From: Octopus bimaculoides | Lineage: Eukaryota | DNA: 51,687 nt | Assembly: GCF_001194135.2 (NCBI RefSeq) | Contig: NC_068999.1 | Location: 29,598,147 to 29,649,833 of the forward strand | Direction: 5' to 3' | Part shown: positions 11,484-24,386 of the stretch, one piece after another | Numbering within the stretch: the stretch's first letter is position 1 | How the letters are laid out: each line of letters opens with the position of its first letter | The notes under the pieces: model-generated | What the model saw: only the letters and a program-made list of their open reading frames with translations | Database searches by the model: none | Told to the model about the DNA's origin: nothing | Made by a program: the position numbers and the translations under genes

Positions 11484-14400
11484 GGTTGATAAGGTAATCG
11501 AGGTAGTCAGAGTATGCGATAGAATACTTAAGATTGGATTAGTGCTATGGCATGGGCTAGCAACCATTATCTTGGCCTATGCTCCTCAGCCGGGGCTACC
11601 TGATGGACAGAAAGACTGATTTTATGACACCCTCTTGTAGACTACCTCATTGACGAATGACAGGGACCTTCTCTTTGTGGCTGGTGACTTCAATGGACAT
11701 GTTGGACAACATGTAGGGAGATTCCATGACATACATGGAGGCTATGGCTTTGGTTCCCACAATTGAGGGAACCAGGCTGCTAGAGTTCTGTGATGCAAAT
11801 GATCTTATGGTTTGCAATACTAACTTCAGGAAACCTGCCAGTCACCTAGTCACCTACCGTTCTGGCAGACACACTAGCTAAATTGACTAGATCCTCACCA
11901 GAAAAAGGGGAAGATGGCTGCTTATAAATGCCAAAACCTTCCCAGGTGAAGAATGTAACCCACAACATAAACTAGTAGTTAGCGACTTCAGGTTTAGGGC
12001 TAAATGGATGCCCAGAAGATGACCAGCATGGAGGAGAAGGGTCTGGAAGTTTAAAGATCCTGCGAATGGACAGAGATTTAGAGACATATTACTTGAAGCC
12101 TTTGACGAAATAGAGGGGGATATAGCATCACATGATGTGGAAGACAACTGGAGGTTTCTACGGGACAACCTGCTAAGGGCCACTGACCAGATCTGTGGAT
12201 GGTGCAAAGTCCACTCTCGACCCAAGGTAACGTGGTGGTGAAACAATGTTGTTGACAGGGCTATTAGACAAAAGAAACAGGTTTGGAACGACTGGAAGAA
12301 CGGTGGTAGCAGGGAATTGTATCAGGGAATTGTATATTTATTTAGTCAGAGGGGAAGCAGATAAAAAAAAAATTGCCAATGTTCTGCACCATGAGGACCA
12401 AAGACTTGAGGTATTTCGTGTTGTAAGACAGTGTGTGAGAGAGAATCGTGATGTTGTAGGAGAGAAATGTGTACACATGGATGATGGTTCACTTGCATTA
12501 AACGAGACTGCAAAGAGAGAGGTTTGGAGATGCCACTATGAACGGTTGCTCAATAAAGAGAATGAATAGGAGAAAGAGAGTCTGCTGAATGTCAACCCAA
12601 CACAGGGACCAGCTATCCGAATTGATAGTACCTTGGTAGAGAAAGTAATTAAGGGTATAAAGACAGGGAAAGCCCCTGGCCCATCAGGAATCACCGCGGA
12701 GATGCTCAAAATATCTGGTGGTGTTGGCTATAGCCTAGTCACCCATATAGTTAACCAGGTGATACACGAAGGAGTCATACCCAATGACTGGTGTAGCAGC
12801 ACCATTGTCAACTGCTACAAAGGTAAAGGTGACGCTTCAGATACAAATAATTATAGAGGTATCAAGTTGTTGGATCAGGTAATGATGGTCACGGAGAGGG
12901 TCATAGTCCAACTAATTAGGGAGAGAGTCAGTCTAGATGAAATGCAGTTTGGGTTCGTGCCAGGGAAAAGCACTACTAATGTTATATTTCTGGTAAGACA
13001 GCTGCAAGAGAAATACCTAGCCAAAGATAAACCTCTGTACCTGGCTTTCGTTGACATGGAGAAGGCCTTTGACAGGGTCCCCTGATCCTTTATCTGGTGG
13101 TCCCTGTACAGGGATGCTGACAGCAAAGTGAGGGTTGGCAACGAGTACAGTGAAGAATTCCGAGTAGGGGTAGGGGTCCACCAAAGATCAGTTCTCAGCC
13201 TCCTCTTATTCATCATAGCATTCCAGGCAATAACAGAGGAATTCAAGATAGGTTGCCCCTGGGAGCTCCTCTATGCTGATAACCTTGCTCTAATAGCTGA
13301 GTCACTATCAGAACTAGAGGAATAGTTTCAGGTGTGAAAGCAAGGATTAGAATCGAAGGACCTTAGAGTCAACCTAGCTAAAACCAAAGTCTTAATAAGT
13401 AGGAAGGCAGACAAACCACAAATCCCTTCAGGTAATTGGCCCTGCTCGATCTGTAGAAAAGGCGTATGTAGAAACTCCACAAGATGTGCCCAGTGTAAGC
13501 TATGGACTCATAAGAGGTGCAGCACTATCAAAGGGAGGCTAACTGGGAAGATAGTTTTTGTATGTGGCAAATGCTCAAGTGCTATAAACATTGAAAATGT
13601 GCAGAGAACAGCTTCTGTCACATTCCAGAGAGAAAAACTAGAAATAGTTAATAACTTCCGTTACCTAGGGGACCAAGTTAGTAGCAGGGGTGGATGCTCT
13701 GAAAGTCTAGCTGCTAGAATAAGAATAGCCTGGGCAAAGCTCAGAGAGCTCCTACCTCTGCTGGTGACAAAAGGGCTTGTCACTCAGAGTAAAAGGTAGA
13801 CTGTATGACGCATGTGCATGAACAGCTATGCTACATGGCAGTGAAACATGGGCTGTGACTGCTGAGGACATGCATAAGCTTGCAAGGAATGAAGCCAGTA
13901 TGCTCCACTGTATGTGTAATGTCAGTGTGCATACACAATAGAGTGTAAGTGCCTTGAGAGAAAAGTTGGATTTAAGAAGCATCAGATGTGGTGTGCAAGA
14001 GCGATGACTGCGCTGGTATGGTCATGTGTTGTGAATGAATGAGGATAGCTGTGCGAAAAAGTGTCACACCCTAGCAGTTGGAACCTGTGGAAGAGGTACA
14101 CCCAGGAAAACCTGGGATGAGGTGGTGAAGCATGACCTTCAAACATTGGGCCTTACCAAGGCAATGACAAGTGACCGAGACCTTTGGAGATATGCTGTGC
14201 TTGAGAAGACACAACAACCCAAGTGAGACCATAGCCCATGGCCTATGCCAGTGGGTGTAACCAGCCCACTTATGGATACCCCTCATACATTGGACAATAA
14301 ACTTTGCTTGTGAAAACCTATTGAGGCAAGTGAAATCAAAATCGCTGACGTGGTTGATCACAGGACTGCCTGATTGGCACTCGTGCCAGTGGAACGTTAA

Positions 14401-14765
14401 ACGCACATCTGAGCATGATCGTTGCCAGGGCAACGGATTGGCTGCTGTGCCGGTGACATGTGAAAAGCACCATTCGAGCATGATCGTTGCCAGCGTCGCC
14501 TTAAAGGCACATGTGTTGGTGGCACGTAAAAACACCTTTTGAGCGTGGCTGTTGCCAGAACCGCCTGACTGGCCCTCGTGCTGGTGGTATGTAAAAAGCA
14601 TCCACTACACTCTTGGAGACGTTGGTGTTAGGAAGGGCATCCAGCTGTAGAAACTTTGCCAGATCAGATTGAGCCTGATGCAGCCTCTGGCTCACCAGTC
14701 CCCAGTCAAACCGTCCAACCCATGCCAGCATGGAAAGTGGATGTTAAACGATGATGATGATGATG
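11484..14765 (+). mobile_element. RTE family A, inner nested copy (APE, RT, 3'UTR, (GAT)n)
   Basis: APE (VAGDFNGHVG) and RT (NYRGIKLLDQV, FVDMEKAFDRVP, ELLYADNLAL). Same 3'UTR as 2790-3293, with (GAT)n tail to 14765. Confidence 0.92.
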
Positions 14766-14767
14766 CT

Positions 14768-16504
14768 GAAAGCAACTGGGAGTTTCTGCAGGGCAGTTTG
14801 CTGGGGTGCCACAGACCAAATCTGTGGGTGGTGCAAAGTTCCAGTCAGACCTAGGGTGACGTGGTGGTGGAATGATGTAGACAATGCCATTAGAGCCAAG
14901 AAACAGGCCTTGAAGAATGGTGGTAGCAGAGATTTATACCTGATAGCTAGGAGGGAGGTTAGAAGACAGGTATACTAGCCAGGGGAGAAGCAGAAAGTGA
15001 GAAGTTTGTCAATGATCTATGATATGAGAACCAGAGGTTTGAAGTGTTTTGGATTGCAAGACAGTGTATCAGGGAAGACCATGATGTGGTAGGAGAGAAA
15101 TGTGTGCGCATGGATGATGACTCACTTGCAATTAGTGATTCTGAAAAGGAGGCTTAGAAATGCCACAATGAAAGGTTGCTAAATGTAGAGAATGCATGAG
15201 AGAAAGAGATCCTACCTAATGTGAACCCAACATAGGGCCTGGCTATCCGAATTAACAGTAGCTTAGTAGATAAAGCAATTAAGGATATGAAGACAGGGAA
15301 AGCCTATCAGGTATCAGCACTGAGATGCTTAAAATATCTGGCAGAGTGGAATATGACTTGGTTACCTGTATAGTTAATCAGGTTGTCCATGAAGGAGTCA
15401 TACTCAATGATTAGTGTAGCAGCATTTTAGTCAACTGCTACAAAGGTTAATGCTCTAGACAGAAATAATTACATCAAATTGCTGGAACAGGTGATGAAAG
15501 TTGCAGAAAGGGTCATAGCTTAGTTAATTAGGAAGAGAGCACAGATGAGATGCAATTTGGATCTGTGCCAGGGAGAAGCACCACTAATGCTATTTTCCTG
15601 GTGAGGCAACTGCAGGAGAAATAGTTGGCCAAAAATAAACCTCTGTATCTGGCTTTTGTTGACATGGAGAAAGTCTTTGACAAGGTCCCCCACTCCCTTA
15701 TCTAGTGAACAAGTAGGAGACCACCAGGGATCAGTTTTTAGCCCCCTTCTTGTTTATCTTAGTCCTCCAAGCTATAACTGACAAATTTAAGACAGGCTGT
15801 CCTTGGGGGCTCCTCTATGCTGATGACCTTGTTCTTATTGCTGTATCACTACCATAACTGGAGAAGGAAATTCAGGTCATCAGCATGGACTGCAAAGCAC
15901 GGACTGCAAAGCACGGACTGCAAAGACCAAAGTATTGATAAGTAGGAAAACAAATAAATCACAGATCCCTTTAGGGAGATGGTATTGCTTGATATGTACA
16001 AAAGGTGTTGAGTGAAACTCCATAAGGTGCACCCAGTGCAAGCTATGGATACATAAGGGGTGCAGCAGTATCACTGGAAGATTAACAGAGAAAGTAGTCT
16101 TTACATGTGGTAGCTGTGCAGGTACATTAAACACCAAGAATGTACAAAACATAGACTCTCTCAAATGTCAGTGGGGATCCTTAGAAGTAGTAGACAGTTT
16201 CCATTACTTAGGTGACCAAATTAGTAGTGGGGGTGGTTGTTCTGAAAGCATAGCTGCTAGAATAAGAATAGGCTGGGCAAAGTTCAGAGGGATACTACCT
16301 CANNNNNNNNNNNNNNNNNNNNNNNNNNNNNNNNNNNNNNNNNNNNNNNNNNNNNNNNNNNNNNNNNNNNNNNNNNNNNNNNNNNGAAGTAGTAGACAGT
16401 TTCCATTACTTAGGTGACCAAATTAGTAGTGGGGGTGGTTGTTCTGAAAGCATAGCTGCTAGAATAAGAATAGGCTGGGCAAAGTTCAGAGGGATACTAC
16501 CTCA
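14768..16504 (+). mobile_element. RTE family A, outer copy, 3' part (RT, internally deleted)
   Basis: Continues the frame of 10640-11483. LAFVDMEKVFDKVP and LLYADDLVL present. Confidence 0.85.
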
Positions 16505-16544
16505 AAAGGTTACCGTAAGCAAATTTAAAATACATACACAATAG

Positions 16545-16685
16545 GCTTCTTTTAGTTTCCACCTACCACATCCACTCACAGGGCTTTGGTTGGCCTGGAG
16601 CTATAGTGGAAGATGCTTCAGGTGCCTCACAGTGGAACTGAACTCAAGACCACATGATTGGGAAGCAAGCTACACAGCCACACCT
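16545..16685 (-). mobile_element. tRNA-derived SINE head (CORE-like family)
   Basis: Homologous to 26230-26360 (AAATCCACTCACAAGGCTTTGG...CTATAGTAGAAGA). Confidence 0.7.
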
Positions 16686-16979
16686 GTGTTTATGTCACAA
16701 TAATAATAACTATGCTAACATAACATCAGCTATTAGATTAATATAGCAAACATTGACCAGAATTGAAATATCAAATGTATTATTAATTGCAACTCTCATT
16801 CCTAAACTGGCAGACTGTAATACAGTCTGCAAGAAGAGAAACTTGCCTCAAATATGACAAAAATGCTAAATTTATATTTGAGAGAATTTTTCCATAACTA
16901 ATAAGGTTTACAAATTTAAAGTACTGTACAAACGCTACTAACTCCTTAAAAATACCTCCATTAGATAGATAAAAAAACT

Positions 16980-16996
16980 TTTATATATATATATAT

Positions 16997-17039
<43 letters not shown>

Positions 17040-17632
17040 AACACACATGCACGCACAGAAAACATACACATACACACACGCGCACATACAAAATACACAC
17101 ACACACGTACCCAACACCTACAACCCCACATAAACACGAACACACACACACACTCAAATAACCACCTGTTGACCTTCTACCTACACTGTCTATAGCGTCC
17201 ACNNNNNNNNNNNNNNNNNNNNNNNNNNNNNNNNNNNNNNNNNNNNNNNNNNNNNNNNNNNNNNNNNNNNNNNNNNNNNNNNNNNNNNNNNNNNNNNNNN
17301 NNNNNNNNNNNNNNNNNNNNNNNNNNNNNNNNNNNNNNNNNNNNNNNNNNNNNNNNNNNNNNNNNNNNNNNNNNNNNNNNNNNNNNNNNNNNNNNNNNNN
17401 NNNNNNNNNNNNNNNNNNNNNNNNNNNNNNNNNNNNNNNNNNNNNNNNNNNNNNNNNNNNNNNNNNNNNNNNNNNNNNNNNNNNNNNNNNNNNNNNNNNN
17501 NNNNNNNNNNNNNNNNNNNNNNNNNNNNNNNNNNNNNNNNNNNNNNNNNNNNNNNNNNNNNNNNNNNNNNNNNNNNNNNNNNNNNNNNNNNNNNNNNNNN
17601 NNNNNNNNNNNNNNNNNNNNNNNNNNNNNNNN

Positions 17633-17695
<63 letters not shown>
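16980..17695. repeat. (TA)n(CA)n and (GA)n microsatellites flanking an N gap
   Basis: Read directly. Confidence 0.9.
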
Positions 17696-18039
17696 AGAAA
17701 AAAGGACAAGAAAAATGATTTAAAATAATAGCAAAATGCATTCAATTATTGAATAAAATAACAGAAAAATCAATTCACTTTTCAACAATACTAGAACTGA
17801 CAGAACTGTATATAACCAAACTACACAGATAAGGCATATATGTATATACATACACCTAAAGCTCTATGAGAGAATTTGGTAGACAGAAACTGAAAGAAAC
17901 CCATCATGTAAATATATATTGCTTGCTAACTGAGATCTACAAATATTGAAGTTATACTAACTGCTTTCTTTCCCTCTCTTAAATATTACATACTTAAGAG
18001 AAAGAACATCCATTTGATGTTTCACCAATGCAATCCATT

Positions 18040-18725
18040 ATCAACATTTAACATCTGTTGTTCATGTTGGCACAGGTTGGACAGTTTGACCAGGGCTGGC
18101 AAGCTGAGGGGCTGCACCAGACTCCAGTCTGATTTTGCATGGTTTCTACAGCTAGATGCCCTTCTTAATGCTAACCACTCTGAGAGTGTAATGAGTGCTT
18201 TTACATGCTACTGGCACAAGTGCTAGTTGCGTGATACTAGTATCTGCCATGACTAGAATTTCACTTGATTTGATGGGACTTCTACTGAAGCATGGCATAT
18301 TGTCAATTGTCTCGGTCATTTGTCATTGCCTCCATGAGGCTCAACGCTTGAAAGGTGCTTTTTACATGCCACTGGCACAGGTGCTAGTTACGTGACACTG
18401 GCATCGGCCACATTGCCTTTGTGAGGCCCAAAGTTTGAAAGGTGCTTATACGTGCCACCAACACAGGTGCCAGTTACACAACACCTGCCTTGGCCACATT
18501 GCCTACGTGAGGCCTAATGCTTAAAAGGTACTTTTTACATGCCACCTGCATGGGTACCAGTTATGTGACACTGGTATCAGCCACAACTATGATTTCATTT
18601 GGCTTGACAGGTCTTCTCAAGCATGGCATATTGCCAAAGGTCTCAATCACTAATCAGTGCCTCCATGAGGCCCAACGTTTGAAGATCATGCTTCACTACC
18701 TTGTCCCGTGTCTTCCTGAGGCCAG
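18040..18725 (-). mobile_element. 5'-truncated RTE family A 3' end with amplified 3'UTR subrepeats
   Basis: Reverse complement gives the RT C-terminus (RKTRDKVVKHDLQTLGL) and repeated GGCA(C/T)GTAAAAAGCAC modules. Confidence 0.8.
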
Positions 18726-19234
18726 GAGTACAGTTTTTTTCCTTTGGAATGTATTAACATCCACACAATATGTACTTATATAAGTGTTTGCAATCCATTT
18801 TCTCACTCATAATTCATTTGAGGCCAAGAATATAGTTTTTCTTTCAGAATATATGCATGTATTCAAGCATTATATTGTCTGAAGTAGAAAAGCCTTCAAG
18901 CATTATCTTCTCACTCCATAGTAAGTTATTTGAGCCACTCAGAGATTTACAGACACCCATCTCTATTTTTCCATCCCCTTTCTACTACTAGAAGTACATG
19001 ATATCACCCAATGCAGCCTATTATTATTTTTTTATTTTATTTACCTGGCCTTCAATTTTTAAGGATCTGAGTGAATGGGGGTTCAGCTGAACAGTAGTAA
19101 TATATCTGTGTAGCTGATAATGTGCAAGAGCAGTTTGCTCACAGGCAAACTTTCCTGTAAACTTCTTTTTCAGCTGCTGAAATCTATGCTGCAGTTCCCT
19201 ACTCACTTTTACCATCTAGTCCACATCCTTAGGG

Positions 19235-19430
19235 CAGCCACAGTCAATGTATATACATTGATAGGTAGGTCTGGTGAGATTGTTGAAATCTAGAACATAG
19301 ACATGTAGAAGTGTGCCTTGTTCAAGAGGCAAGATGGAGGCAGCTCTAAGTCAGACACCTCACAGACAAAGAACAGAGGAATAAAATCTTCTGGGAAGGC
19401 AACAGTGATAGTGTGGGAGTGCAGGCATGG
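19235..19430 (+). mobile_element. RTE APE N-terminal fragment
   Basis: TVNVYTLIGRSGEIVE resembles NVGSLKGRSGKIAE at 10690. Confidence 0.6.
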
Positions 19431-20185
19431 CTGGATTTATGGGAGTGCCAAGGGTGCAATTGCCTCAGGCCTCCTTTGACAATGGGCTCCCTTCCTACGA
19501 AGGATATGGTGTACTCAATACAAGAAGGCCCATCCACTTTCCAGTAATCTTGTATAAAGAGGCTGTCTTTCAAATTACAAACATCTTGACATCTTGAAAA
19601 AACATAATGGAATCACTTTAATGATAAATAACTATAAATTTTTCCACTTTAGCGACAACAATTGAAAAAAAAATAATAATTTGCTACCAGTCCCAAAAGT
19701 AGCTAAACTTTTTCTACTCCCATACAACTTCCTTTTGGGGACTGGTGTCGCTATGACAGAGAAAAGGAAAAATCGACCACTCTTGAAAATGAATGAATGT
19801 ATGGGTGTGTTAGCATGTATGAATGTATATAGAGATAAAGAATTAGATTGAAAGAAAGAAGTTTAATTCCTTGTTTTAACGCATGAGTGAGTAATGACCT
19901 TTGAACGACCAGTGGCAAATAAAGGCACACATGCACACACACTCACATACACACAAAAATTGCTACATGTAAACTTCATTATTTCAGTGAGGCATTGAAA
20001 ACTGGTCTTATTTTAGGAAAGGGCAAGTAAGGAATGTTCGAAAATTTAAACTTTGAATTTTGTTTTAATTATCAAATTATGTCTCCCAACAGCTCAAAGC
20101 ATTTTTCAGCTTTAGAATTATTGCATTCATGTTCACATGATTTTCATTAAATTGAATCTTTATCTTTTTTTTGGTTCAGTATTTT

Positions 20186-20386
20186 TTATTTCTTTATTGC
20201 CCACAAGGGGCTAAACATAGAGAGGACAAACAAGGACAGACAAAGGGATTAAGTCGATTACATCGACCCCAGTGCGTAACTGGTACTTAATTTATCAACT
20301 CTGAAAGGATGAACGGCAAAGTCGACCTCGGCGGAATTTGAACTCAGAACGTAACGGCAGACGAAATACCGCTAAGCATTTCATCC
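20186..20386 (-). mobile_element. tRNA-derived SINE with Meta-like core (young-looking, CpGs retained)
   Basis: Minus strand GTTCTGAGTTCAAATTCCGCCGAGGTCGACTTTGCCGTTCATCCTTTC...GATAAATTAAGTACCAG. Homologous to copies at 34105-34283, 43549-44760 and 47393-47599. The Meta-core assignment is from memory. Confidence 0.8.
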
Positions 20387-20664
20387 AATTACCAATTTCT
20401 TAATTTCTCACTACCTGTTTGAAACCATTACATTGCAAATATTGCATCACCATTTTGTACTGTTGTATCATCTTTGGGAGTAAACATTGGTCACCATAGA
20501 TGTTGTTGCAGTAGAGAGAGTTTGAAACATAGTCAGATATGTAAATGAAAATGTTAATAAAATATCTACATATTTTTTGGTGTTTAACAAGCAATATTCT
20601 TTTCTGTTGCACTACACATCAATTTTTCCCATATTAATATCCAATTTGATAATTTTCAATGTTC

Positions 20665-20696
<32 letters not shown>

Positions 20697-22213
20697 AAGT
20701 TGGAGCAAAATGAGTAATGACTAATTTTAATAATTTCTTCTCCTTAACGAACATGGTGCATCAATGTATCAGGAAGAGAACCAGGTAAATTTTTTCTGAA
20801 TTCACATTCTACACACAGATATTCATATGACTATGAAAGAAACCAAAATAAATTTTTGTGTGTGATTTAAGAGTTATTTAGTTGTTATTTTTAGCACATC
20901 TCACAACCATCTGCTACCCTCTTTGTTTGTCACTCTGATGTATTGATGTTTTTCAGTATCTTTCTTCCCATAAACACATTCAATGATCTATTGCTGAGAT
21001 TTAAGCAAAAAATTTGGACTGTCTGTATTTTAAACTGATTTTTTTTAAAAATCAAAAAATTAAAATTTTTTTAATGAGTAAAGTAGCTAGTTCTAAAATC
21101 TCTAAATGAGATATAAGTAGATACAATACTAGATGGTAACATTTTTTTACCACTATAACATGGCTGTACTATACAAAACTGTGTTACTACATTTTAACCC
21201 CAGGAAAATATCTTTTCCATCTGGTTAACAACGCACAACCTGTGTCTGATATGCTGTGAGTAAGGGAGCAAATCATTCCCTTCCAGCTTGGCAAGTGCAG
21301 TAGACCATGGTCTTTGGATACCTGCCAGCTAGAGATGGCAGTTAATAGTCCCTACTCACAATATATAAACAGAGAAGTGGCAGACAACCACTGATCTCAC
21401 AATGAGAGAAGTAGCTAGTTCTAAAATCTCTAAACAAGATATAAGTAGTAACAATACTAGATGGTAACATTTTTAAATTTTGAAAAACCAAAAAATATTT
21501 TTTCAGTCATATGAATTCCCTTTTGTAGCACGTAAATTCGCAAAAAGTTTCTGAATATTTCAAAAAATTAAAAAATGGTTATGAGGTGCTTAAACCAGAA
21601 TTCTGCTGAGAGCCATTCCCACAGATTGTGAAGAGACTATAGAAAATATTTTATGTTGAGTTTCGTTAATTTCATATGCCATTTTTCCATGATTCTCTTT
21701 CATTTGATCTAGATATTTGAAATCTTTGTTGAATTTCTGATCTTTGTGGTGTCTAGCAATCGATATTGATGTGTATGAGTTTTTTTTTCAAATGCAATTC
21801 TGGAGAATTGAAGGGGCATTTACTTAATTGTGTCTCACTCATTTTGCCCCAACTAAATTTGCCTTTTATATGCTCAAAGAGAACAGAGATGATTTTCTGA
21901 AATAGTACTCTAAATATGTTACAGTGTTTTTAATGCATTTAGAGATCATTTGTTTGGCTGATGTAGTTTTTGTTTGATAGCGAACATGTGAAAAAAAATT
22001 TTTTTCTCAAGGTGAAAAATGCAGTAAATATTACTCATTGTGCCCCACTACTCCTTACAGGAAACTGGAAAAGCATACATTTGGAATAGCTGTCATATAC
22101 ATTGGAATTTTCCATTTATGTCAGGATTTTCCCTTGCAAAACAATGAAGAGAAGCTCTTTTAAAACAAATTTTTTAAATCCACCTCTTTTGAATGTTTGT
22201 CCCCCGCCTCTCT

Positions 22214-22248
<35 letters not shown>

Positions 22249-22589
22249 TCATTGTGCCTTTAGAACACTAACAATCACTAAAATGATATACTTTTCTTTT
22301 TTGTACTTTTCTGTCATTTTATCCTATTCTACATTCTGAAACATTTGTAACTTGCATCAGAGAAAAATATCTTACCCTGCTCTTCTCTCCTTCACACATC
22401 CACAAAAGTGGATGTGTGAGAAAAAGTTTCAATTTTAAAAAGTGTATCTATAAAGTGACATTCTCTGCTAACATGTAATACATGAATTTTGAATTATAAT
22501 TGGCTAGTTTTCCAAGATTTTAATTCTTGTGTATAAGGGGGGGGGGCACTGAATTTGAAGACCCCTGGGCTCCCCATAGTTTAAATCTG

Positions 22590-22740
22590 GTCCCAAATGC
22601 AGGCATATTTTTAGCAAAGAAATGGATGGATAAAGTGACCAAGGTGGACAGAGTATGTGACAGAATACTTGAGCTTAGGACTAGTCTCGGAAAATGCAAC
22701 AAAAACTTTTATCTCTGCTTATGTCTTAATAGGGACTGCT
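22590..22740 (+). mobile_element. RTE APE fragment
   Basis: AGIFLAKKWMDKVTKVDRVCDRILELR matches the family A APE segment at 11484-11540. Confidence 0.65.
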
Positions 22741-22769
22741 GGACAAGCAAAAGGATTATTTTTATGCTG

Positions 22770-22834
<65 letters not shown>

Positions 22835-23289
22835 TACACACACACACATGCATACATATATATGCAAATATACACACGCATGTGCGCACACACATTAAAC
22901 TACCCCCAAATCAAGATTCACCACTGCTCACACTTCCAGCCATTTTCACCATTGACTGACTGTATTTACCTTTATCCCTGTCTCTAACTACATGACACAA
23001 TCTTTCACTCTCCCACAAACCTGTTCACCCAGCCATCTTTGACTCTCTGTATCTATTTTCTCTTGATCTTACTTCTTGGACCTTATACTCTAATACCTCA
23101 TCTCCACCATGCTTTCTCCCATTCCTGCTGGGGTAGCCATGTATCTTGTATCTCCTCTACAGCAAAACACCTGTTCTTATCTTTTTATCACACTTTACCT
23201 CTCTACACCTGACATAAAACCACCTCCCTCAATAATGTACTTACATTCAGCTAGGGAGATCTTTTCTTGCAAGTTACTTAGAGACTAAT

Positions 23290-23680
23290 ACCAGTGCTAC
23301 AAAAAATGTATTAAGAACACTCCATAAAGTGGCTGGTATTAGGAACAGTATCCAACTTTCAAAAAGACGCCAAAACAGACACTGGAGATTGACACAGTTC
23401 TCTGGCTTGCCATCTCTTGTCAAGCTATCCAGCCCATGCCATTATGGAATGTAGACATTAACTGAGGATGATAATTATATGTTTGTGTGTGTTTACATTT
23501 ACATTCTATGAAAGTCATAAATTACAAATGGTGTTGCTGTTGTTACTTCTGTCAACAAATTGCTCACTTCATGCTTTCAATGACATGAAATAAAAGATCA
23601 CTTACTTGAAAAACAAGAAAGGTTTATTGACAGGAAGGGTAGCTAGCTATAAACCAATACTTCAATAATATATTTGTTTA
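23290..23680 (+). mobile_element. Two decayed RTE-tail (SINE-like) relics
   Basis: Degenerate AGGAAGGGCATCCAGC-type tail motif near 23340 and 23630. Confidence 0.5.
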
Positions 23681-24231
23681 ACCCTTGATAGCATTAAGAA
23701 AATGTAAAATTAATAAATGAACATAAAACACATACATACAGAGGTAAACATATACATATACAGGGACAAACATATATACAAGCAAGCATAAACACACTAT
23801 ATATGAACAGGTTAACATATGTGCACACAGTCAAACATACATTCATACACATATATGCAAGTATATACACATATACACACAGATAAAAGAATGCCAATAT
23901 GATAGCAAGTCTAAAAGTAACGTCTCTAAACACTGACTGTACATCAATAGACAAATACACCAATACTCACACCTACTGCTACCTATATTAAAATTTAACA
24001 AGTAATTATTGTGACTATCCATGTTTCTTGCCTGTTCACTGGTATAACAATAATGTCATTGTGATGTTAGCTGCAAAAAGTTTCTGAAACATCAGCTGAT
24101 ACCAATTCTTCCACTCAGTATAAGAAATACCCCCTTTTGTATATAGCCAATTAGTTCCTCACCAAAAGTTATGTTATAAAAATATTAAATAGTAAACAAA
24201 GATGCAATTTTACAATAGCAGATGAACTAAC

Positions 24232-24386
24232 CGGCCTGGTTCTTCTTCATTTCTTGAACAAGTGTCTTCTCCAGGGCTATTTCTCCCTCAAGCTTTGCTG
24301 TCCTGCCAGATGCGATAAGTTTCCCCAAATCCTCATTTTCTTGCAGCAACATACGACACTTAGCCATCAGTCTTTTCCCAGTCTGA
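24232..24386 (-). CDS. WTAP: WTAP / fl(2)d penultimate coding exon (155 nt)
   Basis: TTTCAG acceptor (24387-24392) and GTTAGT donor (24231-24226). Encodes QTGKRLMAKCRMLLQENEDLGKLIASGRTAKLEGEIALEKTLVQEMKKNQA, versus human QTGKKLMAKCRMLIQENQELGRQLSQGRIAQLEAELALQKK as recalled. Phase 2 in, phase 1 out, joining in frame to 9324. Confidence 0.95.

Noticed and set aside
16184-16504. Exact 119-bp duplication in the RTE
   Set aside because: It straddles an N gap (16303-16385) and is an assembly overlap artefact.
19024-19215. 63-aa minus-strand ORF considered as an extra WTAP exon
   Set aside because: No similarity to WTAP, and the two real exons already join in frame.
20666-20692. Long poly(A) as the tail of a processed pseudogene
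   Set aside because: No recognisable upstream coding sequence or TSD.
21580-22000. Possible DDE transposase remnant on the minus strand
   Set aside because: Only a vague resemblance; no motif I can support.
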